Shown here: positions 11,170-20,787 of the stretch, piece by piece
Numbering within the stretch: the first letter of the stretch is position 1
Layout of the letters: every line of letters begins with the position of its first letter
Assembly (NCBI GenBank): GCA_963753345.1
Contig: CAVWBU010000041.1
Location: forward strand, 96,001-160,000
Source of the DNA: an uncultured Fibrobacterota bacterium
Lineage (GTDB): Bacteria > Fibrobacterota > Chitinivibrionia > Chitinivibrionales > FEN-1185
DNA: 64,000 nucleotides
Reading direction: 5' to 3'
The notes under the pieces: model-generated
Told to the model about the DNA's origin: nothing
What the model saw: the letters and a program-made list of their open reading frames with translations, nothing else
Databases searched by the model: none
Position numbers and translations under genes: made by a program

Positions 11170-11311
11170 CGCAGCAAGCGCGAGGAATCTTCCATCCCTA
11201 TGGAAAAAAATACGTAGCGCTCGCTAACCCCGAACACACGACTACAACTGCATACAACACTGCAGGAGTAGACGCGATAGCGAACCTTAGGAATGCGCTC
11301 GCTTGGGATCA
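11170..11311 (+). repeat. Palindromic dispersed repeat family P, copy 1 (intergenic, ~45 nt unrelated insert in the central hairpin)
   Basis: Shares CGAGGAATCTTCCATCCCTATGGAA...CGCTCGC...GAATGCGCTCGCT(nn)GGGAT with 15304-15410 and 57308-57416. Confidence 0.85.
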
Positions 11312-11360
11312 AAGGGGCGCTTGCGTTTGTGCGAGCAACCGGCAACCGGAAGATTGAAGA

Positions 11361-11792
11361 TCATCTGACGACCGTCATTATTTTTGTTTCGGAATAGCCC
11401 GAAGTTCGCAGCCGGTAAAAGTACTGCCCGCTGCGCACTATGGTCGCGGAGAAATGAACCTCGTACCAGGTGCCGCCGGCCGTATTGTTCTCCGGAACCG
11501 CAAAGTATCCCACCTCGCTCCATTTCGCATCGTACAGCTTAAGGCTCACCGGGCCCAGTTCCTTGACAAAGTACCAAATGACGGTGCCGGCCGAGGCAGG
11601 ATTGGGGTTGTTCTGGAGCAGCATGGAACTTGCGGGCCTGTACTGGGTCTTAAAAGGCCGGACGATGGTCGCCCCTGCAGCAGGACCCCGGCATGCGGCA
11701 GAGGAACCCGCGCGCGCCGTGTCGGCGCACGGCGACGATACCGCCCATTCCGCGCACGCTATCGACAGAACGACTGCAAGCGGAAATCGCAT
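11361..11792 (-). CDS. Small exported protein consisting mostly of a T9SS type-A-like C-terminal domain
   Basis: Signal peptide, then LLQNNPNP...VSLKLYD...SGQYFYRL...TKIMTVVR. Confidence 0.7.
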   Translation of the reverse strand: MRFPLAVVLSIACAEWAVSSPCADTARAGSSAACRGPAAGATIVRPFKTQYRPASSMLLQNNPNPASAGTVIWYFVKELGPVSLKLYDAKWSEVGYFAVPENNTAGGTWYEVHFSATIVRSGQYFYRLRTSGYSETKIMTVVR

Positions 11793-11908
11793 TTGTCTAC
11801 CATGCTTCCGGCGGGAAGCAAAGAACCCCGCGGACCGCCGCGGGGTTCTTTGGGGGACGCACTCCGCCTCTTCTCCCTTGCGCCCGATGGATCGGCCTCC
11901 GCTGGCTG

Positions 11909-13087
11909 CTACTGGTAACTTATGACCACGCTGTTAAGGCCGTCGAGCGCCGTGCTCGGGTCCTTGGATGGAATATACGTCACGTGAGGAGTGTAGGAAC
12001 CTGCCGCTCCGCCAAGCGGGATGGTGTCGATGTAGAGAATGTTGTAGACGCCGGAGACATGCGCCTCAAAGCACATCCGGAACGATCCCGCCTGCGCGCT
12101 GATTGAATCTGGATTGCAGTCGATAGACGATTTTCCCCACATGGGAGTGGCGCTGGTCACGGCGTCGACCGCGGGCTGGTTGGTGGCCACAAGATTGTCC
12201 CATTTCGCGGTGTCCACGGCCGTGAGCCATGCGCCGCAGGCGTTGACCGGATCGGTAATTCCCGTGGTGGAGAGCCACGGCGTGACGTACAGGGTTCTTA
12301 TGTATTTCGCGGTCATGTCTTCGGCCCAGATCGCAAGCACCTGGTCGATTGCGTCATGCGAGGAAACGGTGTCCTGAGACAAGTTGAAATTGAAGGTAAG
12401 CAGTTTCTTTGAAGCCTGGGCAGCGGTTTTCATCATAATCACGTGCGTTCCCTGAAAGGAATCCAGCGGCAAACTCACCGAACTGAACCCGCTCGCAGTC
12501 ACGTTAAGAGTTCCGACCATAGCGGCCTTCTTGGCAGAAGGGCTTGCGGCGGCATTGCCCGCAGTCTTGCGGAAAACCGCCTGGCCTGCCGCCAGGCCGC
12601 CTGCAAGCGGTACCCTGAAATGTGACACCTGATCCCCGATCTTCACGCTCATCACATAGGTCTGGGAGACCGAAAGCCCGGCAAACGGGTTGACCCGGTA
12701 GCTGCCGGACGACATCACCCGGTTGCCGACGGTGAGCACCTGCCTGCCCTGCAGCGTGAAAACGTCAATCTTTACAAGCTGCGAAGAAGGCCCCACGAAG
12801 AAGTGAAGGCCGTCGGAGCTGAGCACGGGCCTGGAACCGATGGCGGATTTGACAAGCGGCGTGCGGACGCCCACGGTCGCCAGGGCGTCGAACTTATAGT
12901 TGCCACCCGAATCGGATGTGGTGTCGAGGTTAACCTGGGGGAAGGCTATGGAGGCGCCGAAGATCCCTTTCCCGGTCAGGTCGGTGATTCTTCCGGTAAT
13001 GCCGACATACACGGTGTCTGCGGCGCACGGCGCGCAAACCACGGCCAAGAAGATCGCTGCTGCAAAGAACGCGGTTTTTTTCGACAT
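11909..13087 (-). CDS. Exported protein: carboxypeptidase-regulatory-like domain with nested sorting-like module plus DUF2271-like C-terminus
   Basis: GRITDLTGKGI...SDSGGNY; IDVFTLQGRQV; AIWAED..KYIRTLYVT and VDAVTSAT typical of DUF2271. Confidence 0.6.
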   Translation of the reverse strand: MSKKTAFFAAAIFLAVVCAPCAADTVYVGITGRITDLTGKGIFGASIAFPQVNLDTTSDSGGNYKFDALATVGVRTPLVKSAIGSRPVLSSDGLHFFVGPSSQLVKIDVFTLQGRQVLTVGNRVMSSGSYRVNPFAGLSVSQTYVMSVKIGDQVSHFRVPLAGGLAAGQAVFRKTAGNAAASPSAKKAAMVGTLNVTASGFSSVSLPLDSFQGTHVIMMKTAAQASKKLLTFNFNLSQDTVSSHDAIDQVLAIWAEDMTAKYIRTLYVTPWLSTTGITDPVNACGAWLTAVDTAKWDNLVATNQPAVDAVTSATPMWGKSSIDCNPDSISAQAGSFRMCFEAHVSGVYNILYIDTIPLGGAAGSYTPHVTYIPSKDPSTALDGLNSVVISYQ

Positions 13088-13331
13088 GTACTCCTCCTTC
13101 GGTTGATCGTTATGTGCTCGGTATAATTATAATTATGCCTTGATTTGCATGTCTTTTTCAACAAGGATCATGATAAAATATACTTGGAGGAACTTACCAT
13201 AATTTATCATTATTTTCCGCGCGGCACCCGCATTTTTTCTTACCTGGGGTAAGGAATAAGAAAGGGACTTTTGCGCGGAAAGGGTGAACCTGTTTGTATA
13301 TTTAGCTCGGGAACCAGGAAAGGGGCGTTAG

Positions 13332-14204
13332 ATGAAAAACCGATTCTTTTCTCTCATTCTGCTTGCTGCCGGCGCACTGTCGTTTGCCGCTGCCGCACCA
13401 AAACCGGTTGTCGCCCTGGACTGCTACCACAATACCGAAACCCCGGCGCATTATACCTGGCAGAAGGTGGGCCTCGGCGGATATTCGCAGTTTGCCCAGA
13501 TACTGTTGACGCTCGGCGCCGACACCTCCACGATTACGACTCCGCTGGATTCCCCGACCCTCTCGCGAACGAGCGTTCTTATGATCGTTAATCCCGGCAC
13601 CGTGCACCTTATCGCTGCTGCGGAAATCGACGCTGTTGACAAATGGGTCCAGCAGGGCGGGAAGCTCATGTGCTTTGCCAACAATACCGGCCACGTCGAA
13701 TTCGTCAACTACAACCAGCTCATGGCGCGCTTCGGCATCACCTTCAACGACACCACACAAACGGGCGGCTCCAACTTCGGGCCGGTACCGCAGAACGAGG
13801 TGTTCTCGGCCTGCACCACGTTTTACATCGTGGACATGTGCAACCTGTCGATCGTCTCCCCTGCCGTTTCCATTTTCACGTTTCAGGGAAGCGTGCTCAT
13901 GGCAACCTCCCTCAAGGGGGCAGGGAAGGTTTTTGCCGTGGGAGATCCCTGGGTCTACGACGAACATATCGCCGCAAAGGACAACACAAGGGGAATTACT
14001 CAGGTGGTCCAGTGGCTTCTTGGCTTGTCCACCGAAGTCTCGCGGCAACCAATCTCCTCCGCGCTTCGCCCCGAGAAATTCCGTTCGGTGAAGGCCATCA
14101 CGGTCCTCCCCAATGGCAGACTGCTTCCGGCGCAATGGTCCGGCATTGCGGCGCAGGCATCGTACGGTCCCTCCGGCGGCCGCATGAACGTCACGGTTCG
14201 TTGA
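13332..14204 (+). CDS. Exported DUF4350/GATase-like fold protein
   Basis: Signal peptide; HYTW..GYSQF, LMIVNP, WVQQGGKL..FAN, GKVFAVGDPWVYDE. Confidence 0.6.
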   Translation: MKNRFFSLILLAAGALSFAAAAPKPVVALDCYHNTETPAHYTWQKVGLGGYSQFAQILLTLGADTSTITTPLDSPTLSRTSVLMIVNPGTVHLIAAAEIDAVDKWVQQGGKLMCFANNTGHVEFVNYNQLMARFGITFNDTTQTGGSNFGPVPQNEVFSACTTFYIVDMCNLSIVSPAVSIFTFQGSVLMATSLKGAGKVFAVGDPWVYDEHIAAKDNTRGITQVVQWLLGLSTEVSRQPISSALRPEKFRSVKAITVLPNGRLLPAQWSGIAAQASYGPSGGRMNVTVR

Positions 14205-14265
14205 CAAAAACAATTTGCCGGAGCCTCCCACCCCGCGCCCGTTAATTATTTTTGATTTCGCCCCT

Positions 14266-15276
14266 ATGAAACACCGGATTGTCCGAACCTGCCGTGTCGT
14301 CCCCGCTGTCTTCATTCTATTCCTTGACTGCTTCCACGGGTCCCGGGGCATACCGCAGGCGTTTTTCGGGCTTGCCGACGACATCACCCTCGAGCAGGCC
14401 TGCGTGCAGGTCTCGCGGTATTGTGCGCTCTGGCTTGACAATGCGGACACTGGTTCGCTCGGGTCGTTCTACCGAGATCTCGACTCCTCTGCCGACTGCC
14501 TCGGCCGTTCGCTCGGGCCGGCGAGGACGTCTCGTGCGGCCGTCGATTCGATCGTCGCGCTTGTCTACGGCCGCTGGGACATCGGCTTTGACGCACGCGA
14601 CACGGTAGCGGAAACGCTTCTCCCTCATCTCGTGTACAAAAACAGGAAAGGCGCCTGCCTTGGCGTCTCTCTCATCATGCTCATGCTCGCGGAACGGCTG
14701 CAGTGCCCGATATACGGCGTTATGCTGCCGGGCCATTTCTTCTGCAGATTCGACAACGGGAAGATCCGCGTCAACATCGAACCGAACAAATCGGGGTTTT
14801 GCCACCCCGACGAATACTATCGGGAACGCTATCCCTTCGCAACCATGCCGTGGTACGACCTGGCGAACTTGACAAAAAGTCAGACGGCGGGCATGCTATG
14901 CTACAACGCGGGGGTCCTGTGCCTTACAAAAGGCCGCAGCCGACCTGCGGTTTCCCTGTTTGCGGAAGCGTCGCGCCGCCTGCCGGCGTTCGCCGAGGCG
15001 CAGGGCAACCTCGCGCTCACCTATGCGTTTACCGGCATGCTTGATTCGTCGCTGGCAGTTTTTGCAACCCTGTTTGCCGCCCATCCTGATTTTGTCAACC
15101 TTGCCGCGAATTACGGCAACGTTGCAATGGCCGCAAGACAGTTCGAAAAGGCGGCAAACATCTTTCGCAAAGGCCTTGATTATTTTCCCGAGGATACAAT
15201 GCTCTTGACCGGTCTGGCGCAGGCATATGAGGAGTTGGAGGGCGGAAAAAACAGCCCCTCGAGTCCGAGGGAGTAA
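14266..15276 (+). CDS. Transglutaminase-like (SirB1/Transglut_core2) protein with C-terminal TPR repeats
   Basis: RKGACLGVSL..MLAERL..PIYGVMLPGHFF.RF...NIEP, followed by TPR-like helices. Confidence 0.8.
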   Translation: MKHRIVRTCRVVPAVFILFLDCFHGSRGIPQAFFGLADDITLEQACVQVSRYCALWLDNADTGSLGSFYRDLDSSADCLGRSLGPARTSRAAVDSIVALVYGRWDIGFDARDTVAETLLPHLVYKNRKGACLGVSLIMLMLAERLQCPIYGVMLPGHFFCRFDNGKIRVNIEPNKSGFCHPDEYYRERYPFATMPWYDLANLTKSQTAGMLCYNAGVLCLTKGRSRPAVSLFAEASRRLPAFAEAQGNLALTYAFTGMLDSSLAVFATLFAAHPDFVNLAANYGNVAMAARQFEKAANIFRKGLDYFPEDTMLLTGLAQAYEELEGGKNSPSSPRE

Positions 15277-15283
15277 TGGGCTC

Positions 15284-17098
15284 ATGAATTCATTGAAGAA
15301 CCTCGCAGCAAGCTGCGAGGAATCTTCCATCCCTATGGAAAAAGAACATACTTCTAGTCGCTCGCTTACCCCGAAGCAAGCTTCGAGGAATGCGCTCGCT
15401 ATGGGATTCAAGTATTACATTCCCATAGCGATGTGCGCGGCGCTTGCCGCGTTCTTCTGCTGGTTTCCCATCACCGACACCGACATCTTCTGGCACCTTA
15501 GCGCGGGCAGGGAGATCGTGCGCACCGGCCATTTCCTGTACACCGACCCGTTCAGCTTTACAAATGCGCTGCCGCAGTGGACCGATATCCACTGGCTGTT
15601 TCAGGTGGCAATGTACGGCCTCTATGCGCTCGGCGGTTTTTATGCGCTCATCTGGTTCAAGCTTCTGGCGGTGGCGGCGGCCTGCGTACTCCTGTGCGGA
15701 GCGGTCCGCTCGCAGCGGTATGCTTGCGCAAGCGCGTTTGCGTGCGCGGTCCTTTTTTATGCGGCACGCTACCTTGTGTGCGAGAGGCCCGTGCTCGTCA
15801 CCATGGTCTGCATGGCCGCGTACATCTATCTCTTCGAGCGCGCCCGCGAAGGCATGAACGCGCGCTTCCTGTGGCTGTGCGTGCCCCTGCAAATGATCTG
15901 GGCCAACTCGCAGGGCCTGTACCCCATCGGCATTTTCGTGATAGGCGCCTACTGGATCGAACTTTTGATTTCCCGGCTGCAAAAGCGGGAGCGGTTCCCT
16001 CTTGTCATGACGGGCGTACTTATCGCGTGTGCCGTTTCATGCGTCGCAACACCCTATGGAATCCAAGGGCTCATCCTGCCGTTCAGATTATTCACCGGTA
16101 TAGCGCCAGCGGCCCGCAGCCTTTACTCACTCACCATTTCGGAGAACGTGCCGCTGCTCGCGCTTTCCGGCTACGACGCGACCTACCGCGCCGCGGTGAT
16201 CGTTGCGGCGCTCGCCGCCTGCACGCTGTTCTTTGTCAACAGGCGCCGCGTGCGGCCCGCCCACGTTGTCCTGTTCCTCGGGTTCCTGTTTCTGGCCTAC
16301 AGCGCGGTGCGGAACGTTCTACTGTTCTTCCTCGTGCTTGTCCCTATCGCCGGATACGGCGTGACGCAACTTGAGGTGCCGGCCCGACTCCTTGCGCTGT
16401 TCGCCGCGCGAAAGCGGCAGGCAGCGTTTGTCGCCGCGGCATGCGCCGCTCTGCTGCTCGCGTTTCCCGTTGCGCAACACGCCTCGGTGGCCGCCGTCTA
16501 TCCGCCGCACCGGGCCCTGTCGCCGTTTCGGTTCCCCGAAAAAATCGCCGACTACCTCGATGCGCACCCCGTGGCCGGCGAGATGTTCAACGACATCCGC
16601 TACGGCGGCTACCTTATCTGGCGGCTTTCCCCGGCTCATAAGGTGTTTGCCGACGGCAGGATCATGATTCGGCGGCCGCGGTTCTTCGCCGACTACCTTG
16701 CGATATGCGAACAGCCGCTCCTGTTCCCCTTTGCGGCAGCGAAATTCGACATCACGTACGTGATCGTGCCGTCGGCGGTGTTTTCGCAGTACCGCAAGCT
16801 TATCCGGTTCCTGTATCGCTCGCCCGACTGGCACCTGGAATACACCGACGGCACGTCGTTCCTTATTGTTAAGAACAGCGCCTCGACAAGGCCGGCCGTG
16901 GACCTTGCCGATCCGACAACCGTTGCCGCGATCGCCGACAGCATGTGCGTCCAGTGGCGCGACGCGCCCTATGTGCGCAGCGAGGCGCTGGGGTATTTTG
17001 CGGACGAGCTGGAGGACCTGGGGCTGGCAAGGTCGGCGCTGAAGGTGAAGGAACAAAACTTCACCACAGAGACACAGAGGTCACGGAGAAAAGAATAG
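15284..17098 (+). CDS. Polytopic membrane protein, GT-C glycosyltransferase-like
   Basis: DTDIFWHLSAGREI..DPFSFT, ERP, WANSQG, TPYG, GGYLIW, FADGR motifs; alternative start at 15401. Confidence 0.7.
   Translation: MNSLKNLAASCEESSIPMEKEHTSSRSLTPKQASRNALAMGFKYYIPIAMCAALAAFFCWFPITDTDIFWHLSAGREIVRTGHFLYTDPFSFTNALPQWTDIHWLFQVAMYGLYALGGFYALIWFKLLAVAAACVLLCGAVRSQRYACASAFACAVLFYAARYLVCERPVLVTMVCMAAYIYLFERAREGMNARFLWLCVPLQMIWANSQGLYPIGIFVIGAYWIELLISRLQKRERFPLVMTGVLIACAVSCVATPYGIQGLILPFRLFTGIAPAARSLYSLTISENVPLLALSGYDATYRAAVIVAALAACTLFFVNRRRVRPAHVVLFLGFLFLAYSAVRNVLLFFLVLVPIAGYGVTQLEVPARLLALFAARKRQAAFVAAACAALLLAFPVAQHASVAAVYPPHRALSPFRFPEKIADYLDAHPVAGEMFNDIRYGGYLIWRLSPAHKVFADGRIMIRRPRFFADYLAICEQPLLFPFAAAKFDITYVIVPSAVFSQYRKLIRFLYRSPDWHLEYTDGTSFLIVKNSASTRPAVDLADPTTVAAIADSMCVQWRDAPYVRSEALGYFADELEDLGLARSALKVKEQNFTTETQRSRRKE
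15304..15410 (+). repeat. Palindromic dispersed repeat family P, copy 2 (overlaps 5' end of membrane-protein ORF, in frame)
   Basis: GCAGCAAGCTGC hairpin, TTCCAT-CCCT-ATGGAA hairpin, CGAAGC-AA-GCTTCG hairpin. Confidence 0.85.
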
Positions 17099-17161
17099 CC
17101 TAACGAAAATCCCAATCCACACACTCCAATGTGTTATATTGTGTGTGGAAAGGAGGTTGTC

Positions 17162-17359
17162 ATGGCAACAAATCTGGCCTTAGACGACAACCTTATAATT
17201 CAAGCGCGAAAAATCGGTCATCATCGCACCAAAAAGGAAGCGGTGACGATTGCGCTCAAGGAGTACATAGCACACAAAAAACAACAGAAAATCCTTGACC
17301 TGTTCGGGCGCATCGATTTTAATGAACGGTATGACTACAAAAAAGCGAGAACACGATGA
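17162..17359 (+). CDS. vapB: VapB-family antitoxin (DUF2191-like)
   Basis: MATNLALDDNLI..A..IG.H.TKKEAV..ALKEYI; RBS AGGAGG; ATGA overlap with PIN gene. Confidence 0.85.
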   Translation: MATNLALDDNLIIQARKIGHHRTKKEAVTIALKEYIAHKKQQKILDLFGRIDFNERYDYKKARTR

Positions 17360-17754
17360 AAGTCCTGGTCGATACCTGTATTTGGTCCTATGCGCTTCGC
17401 CGTAAAAATCCAAACGTAGAAATAGAGACGGCATTGAAGGAAATTATCAAAGATGGTCGTTTGGCAATCATTGGCCCTATCCGCCAGGAAATCCTTTCCG
17501 GCATATCTAAGGAATCCCAATTTGAGTCCCTCAAAGAATACCTCTCTGCTTTTGAAGACGTCCCATTGATTTCCAGCCATTTTGTCAAAGCGGCGGAATT
17601 CAGCAATATCTGCATGAAAAAGGGCGTGCAAGGCTCAAACACCGATTTCCTGATATGTTCCGTAGCACATTTGGAAAACATAGCAATATTTACCACAGAT
17701 CTGGATTTTAGGAATTATCGAAAATACCTGCCGATAGAACTATTTGAAAAGTAG
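17356..17754 (+). CDS. vapC: VapC PIN-domain toxin
   Basis: VLVDTCIWS, QEILSG, TDFLIC, FTTDLDF acidic PIN motifs. Confidence 0.9.
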   Translation: MKVLVDTCIWSYALRRKNPNVEIETALKEIIKDGRLAIIGPIRQEILSGISKESQFESLKEYLSAFEDVPLISSHFVKAAEFSNICMKKGVQGSNTDFLICSVAHLENIAIFTTDLDFRNYRKYLPIELFEK

Positions 17755-17965
17755 TAGGACGCCAGTTCCGTGTCCCCAAAAAGAAGATGCCCATGTCCGT
17801 TCGTGCTGAGCCTGTAGAAGCATGGATGCCATAGTGAAGACTTTAAAATACGCCTGTAAAAGTCCCTGCGAAATCATTCCTAAGATTTTTGATTGACTTC
17901 TTCTTCCGCCATCATTTAAACTATGAGAGGTGTTACATGCCTTTCCTTCTATGCCGGGTGGCCCT

Positions 17966-18196
17966 ATGATTACAGATAAGATCACCATTCGTGTCAAGCC
18001 TTCAATTGCCAAGGCTTTCAGGAGGGCGCCCGCCCGCCAGAGAAGGAAATTCGAGACGCTTGTCAACCTACGGCTGCTGGAAGCAACGAGCGCTCCATCT
18101 TCTCTCAGCGAAATCATGCGTCAAACAAGCCGAAATGCCAGCGCAAGGGGCTTGACGCCTGAAATCCTGCGGGAAATCCTCAATGAGAAATGCTGA
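17966..18196 (+). CDS. Putative antitoxin
   Basis: Small basic protein ending ARGLTPEILREIL, overlapping the downstream PIN gene. Confidence 0.65.
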   Translation: MITDKITIRVKPSIAKAFRRAPARQRRKFETLVNLRLLEATSAPSSLSEIMRQTSRNASARGLTPEILREILNEKC

Positions 18197-18599
18197 CCGT
18201 TTCGTTTTCGATACGAATGTGCTCGTCAGCGCGTTGTTGATCGATGGTTCAACTGCAAACAGAGCCTTTCGGCTCGCCTTGGACATCGGCTCAATTCTCG
18301 TATCTTCCGCCACTCTCCAGGAATTGAATGAAGTTTTAAGCCGGAAGAAATTCGAAAAATATATTTACCCCTATGAACGCGACGAATTCATTGAGTCATT
18401 GATTTCGGAAGCGACACTGATTGATATCACGAATGAATTGCACATTTGCCATGACCCGAAAGATAATATGTTCCTAGACCTTGCAGCTTCCGGGAACGCC
18501 GCATTCATCGTAAGCGGCGATGTCCACTTGCTGGAATTGAAGACGTTCCGTAAAACGCGAATAGTAAGGCCTGCTGAATTTATTTCCATCTGCCAATAA
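18183..18599 (+). CDS. PIN_3-family putative toxin
   Basis: FVFDTNVLVSALL, ELNEVL.RKKF, CHDPKDNMFLDLA, IVSGD.HLL. Confidence 0.85.
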   Translation: MRNADRFVFDTNVLVSALLIDGSTANRAFRLALDIGSILVSSATLQELNEVLSRKKFEKYIYPYERDEFIESLISEATLIDITNELHICHDPKDNMFLDLAASGNAAFIVSGDVHLLELKTFRKTRIVRPAEFISICQ

Positions 18600-18743
18600 C
18601 TGCCGGGCCAGAAAATTTCCCTTTCTTCCTATTCCTGAGGCGATCGAGGTTAACTTGCGCCCCGCGTGGCTGAGGGTCTAGGACGCATCCCTTTTTGAAA
18701 CGGCGAAAACAGCCCATCTTCCAAGGTCGGGGCGGCCGGCAAT

Positions 18744-18780
18744 AAAAAGGGGGAGTTCGGTTGAACGCCCCTTGCTTTTT
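18744..18780. terminator. Probable bidirectional terminator between convergent PIN and fibro-slime genes
   Basis: AAAAGGGGGAGTTC-loop-GAACGCCCCTT with A- and T-rich flanks. Confidence 0.45.
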
Positions 18781-18801
18781 AGGAAATACCGGCGTCCCGG
18801 T

Positions 18802-20762
18802 TCAATTGATGTTCCCGTAGCTCCGGCGCCAGGAAATCTGCTGGCTTTGGGCCGGTACATAGAAAAGCATGTTGGTGGTGATTTTGATGTCCGAATTCGA
18901 GGAATGGCGCTCGGCGTAGAAAAAGTCGAAATTATAGGTCTGGTAGTTCACCATCGTGTCCGCAGGAACTAGTGCTCCCAAGGCACCTGTGTGCTTGAAA
19001 CAGGTATCAATAAGGACCGTCGCTTGCCCGTTAGTCGCAGTATTTTCATGAGGGCCTCCAAGGTCCATCACGAGCCTGTTGTTGAGAAACAGCCATATGT
19101 CGTCGTCTCCGATGAAATAAAACGTGTCATTCGGCGTCTTGACAAAGGTGCGGCTCATTGTCATGGTGAATGCGAAGTTATGGGGCCATACCCCCGGCGG
19201 CAAGTGGGTCTTGCTTGTGTCTGGATCCGGAAATGTATCGTTCGTTTTCTGATAGGCTGCGGCCCACTCAGTCCCGAAACCTCTGCCATCCAAAGGCCAG
19301 AAACCTGACTGGTCATATTTGTATGTGCCTGTTGCGGCGTTTACGAGGGTAAATGTCAGACTGTCATTAAACATGATATTCTTAAAGGCCGTGTCATTGG
19401 GGGGTGACGTTCTTTCAAATATAGGGTGTCGAAAATTGTCACTCCCTTCCACCTCACTTGCAGATGCGTTTCCCCATTCCCCCGAACACCCTGCTTTCCC
19501 AGCGTCTGAAGTCCCATTGTTTACTGGACAGTCCCAGGGTTCGAAGGGGGAGCAACGCCTCCACCGCTTGAGGGTCTTTCCACAGGCGGAGCTGTCCACC
19601 GTGGTATATTGCAAAGTCGTGTTGTGATAAACCGGTATTATTGTATCTGCCAATGTATCTCTCGATTTCCAGGGACGGAACCATTTCGCGATATTAGCGC
19701 ACAAAACAGTATCTGGTCCACAAACCGGTTTACGGTCCGAATCCAGGAAAGTTCCGACCATGTTCTTATTATTAGTATCCGTACATGGCTGCTCAAACTC
19801 AGGGTTTGTCCTGTCGGAATGAAAATCGTAGTAGGTCACCGCCACTTCTGCCGTGGCTCCGGGGGTTGTGAATCCGCCCCCATACGACCGGTCGATATCC
19901 TGTGTAAGCGGTGTCTCGAAAATGCTGCCCCACTTAGAATTCAATTGGAGGGACCTCACATTGATGGTATAGTCGTTTGGATTACCAGCGTTCCCGGCTA
20001 TTGTATAGAATACATAAAAATTGCCAACAGTTACGGTGCAGGGAGCAGCACTGAAAGTAGGAGGAGTGAGACACGGTCCTTCATGATTGTTAAAAGCTTT
20101 AGTCCCATAACATACGTTAGGTGCCGAACCTGATACTAGAGTGATCGAGAGACGCAAACGCTGATTGGAAAAGGCTATTGAGCTGGCACTTGTTGTCAAA
20201 GGACACCTAGGTTGTGTCCGGTACCGGTGCATGTCAATTGGGCTGCGGTACCAATCTGTGTTGGACTAGTCCCATCACTAGCAGTTTGATAGAGGTCAAC
20301 TTCCATTATTCCTTAACCACTCGGCTCAGTGTAAGTTAGAGAATCTATCCAAGTTCCTGCAGAATAAGTTCCGTTTAAAACGTTTGAGTACCAATGGGAG
20401 GCGTGCCGAGGGAGTAAAAATTTGCCAGCCGGTTGTAAAGCCAGAAGTGTCTGCTTTCAAGATACCTTTTGCACTGGGACTGACTCCCGTAGGAGGAGTC
20501 GCGCCGATGTACAATGTGGTGCCGAGTGTCCCCGTCCAGTTCGACATCTGCGAGTCTATTACCGCCTGCGAAAGCACGGTCATCATTCCGTCCGCAGCGT
20601 AAAACGACTGAAGCTTGCTTCTGTAATTTTTCGCGATGGTGAGTTCATGGCCGCACTGGTGATCATCCCGATGCCAACCGCGACAACGGCCAGCATGATA
20701 AGCATGGCCACCACCATGACCACACCCGGTGAATTTTTCAGGGTTTTGAATAAGGATTTCAT
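18802..20762 (-). CDS. PilX-like N-terminus joined to a fibro-slime (PA14-related) domain; reading frame broken by several indels
   Basis: N-term MKSLFKTLKNSPGVVMVVAMLIMLAVVAVG (PilX-like); C-term YYDFH...PEFE, FWPLDGRGFG, HNFAFTM, FIGDDDIWLFLNNRLVMDLGGPH, FDFFYAERH; fragments 20583..20762, 20326..20586, 18802..20232. Confidence 0.7.
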
Positions 20763-20787
20763 CGTCTTCCTCCCCACGTTGGAAATG

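Noticed and set aside
11235-11285. Cargo or spacer sequence captured inside repeat P copy 1
   Set aside because: Single instance with no match elsewhere in the window; it could be a noisy base-call across a hairpin.
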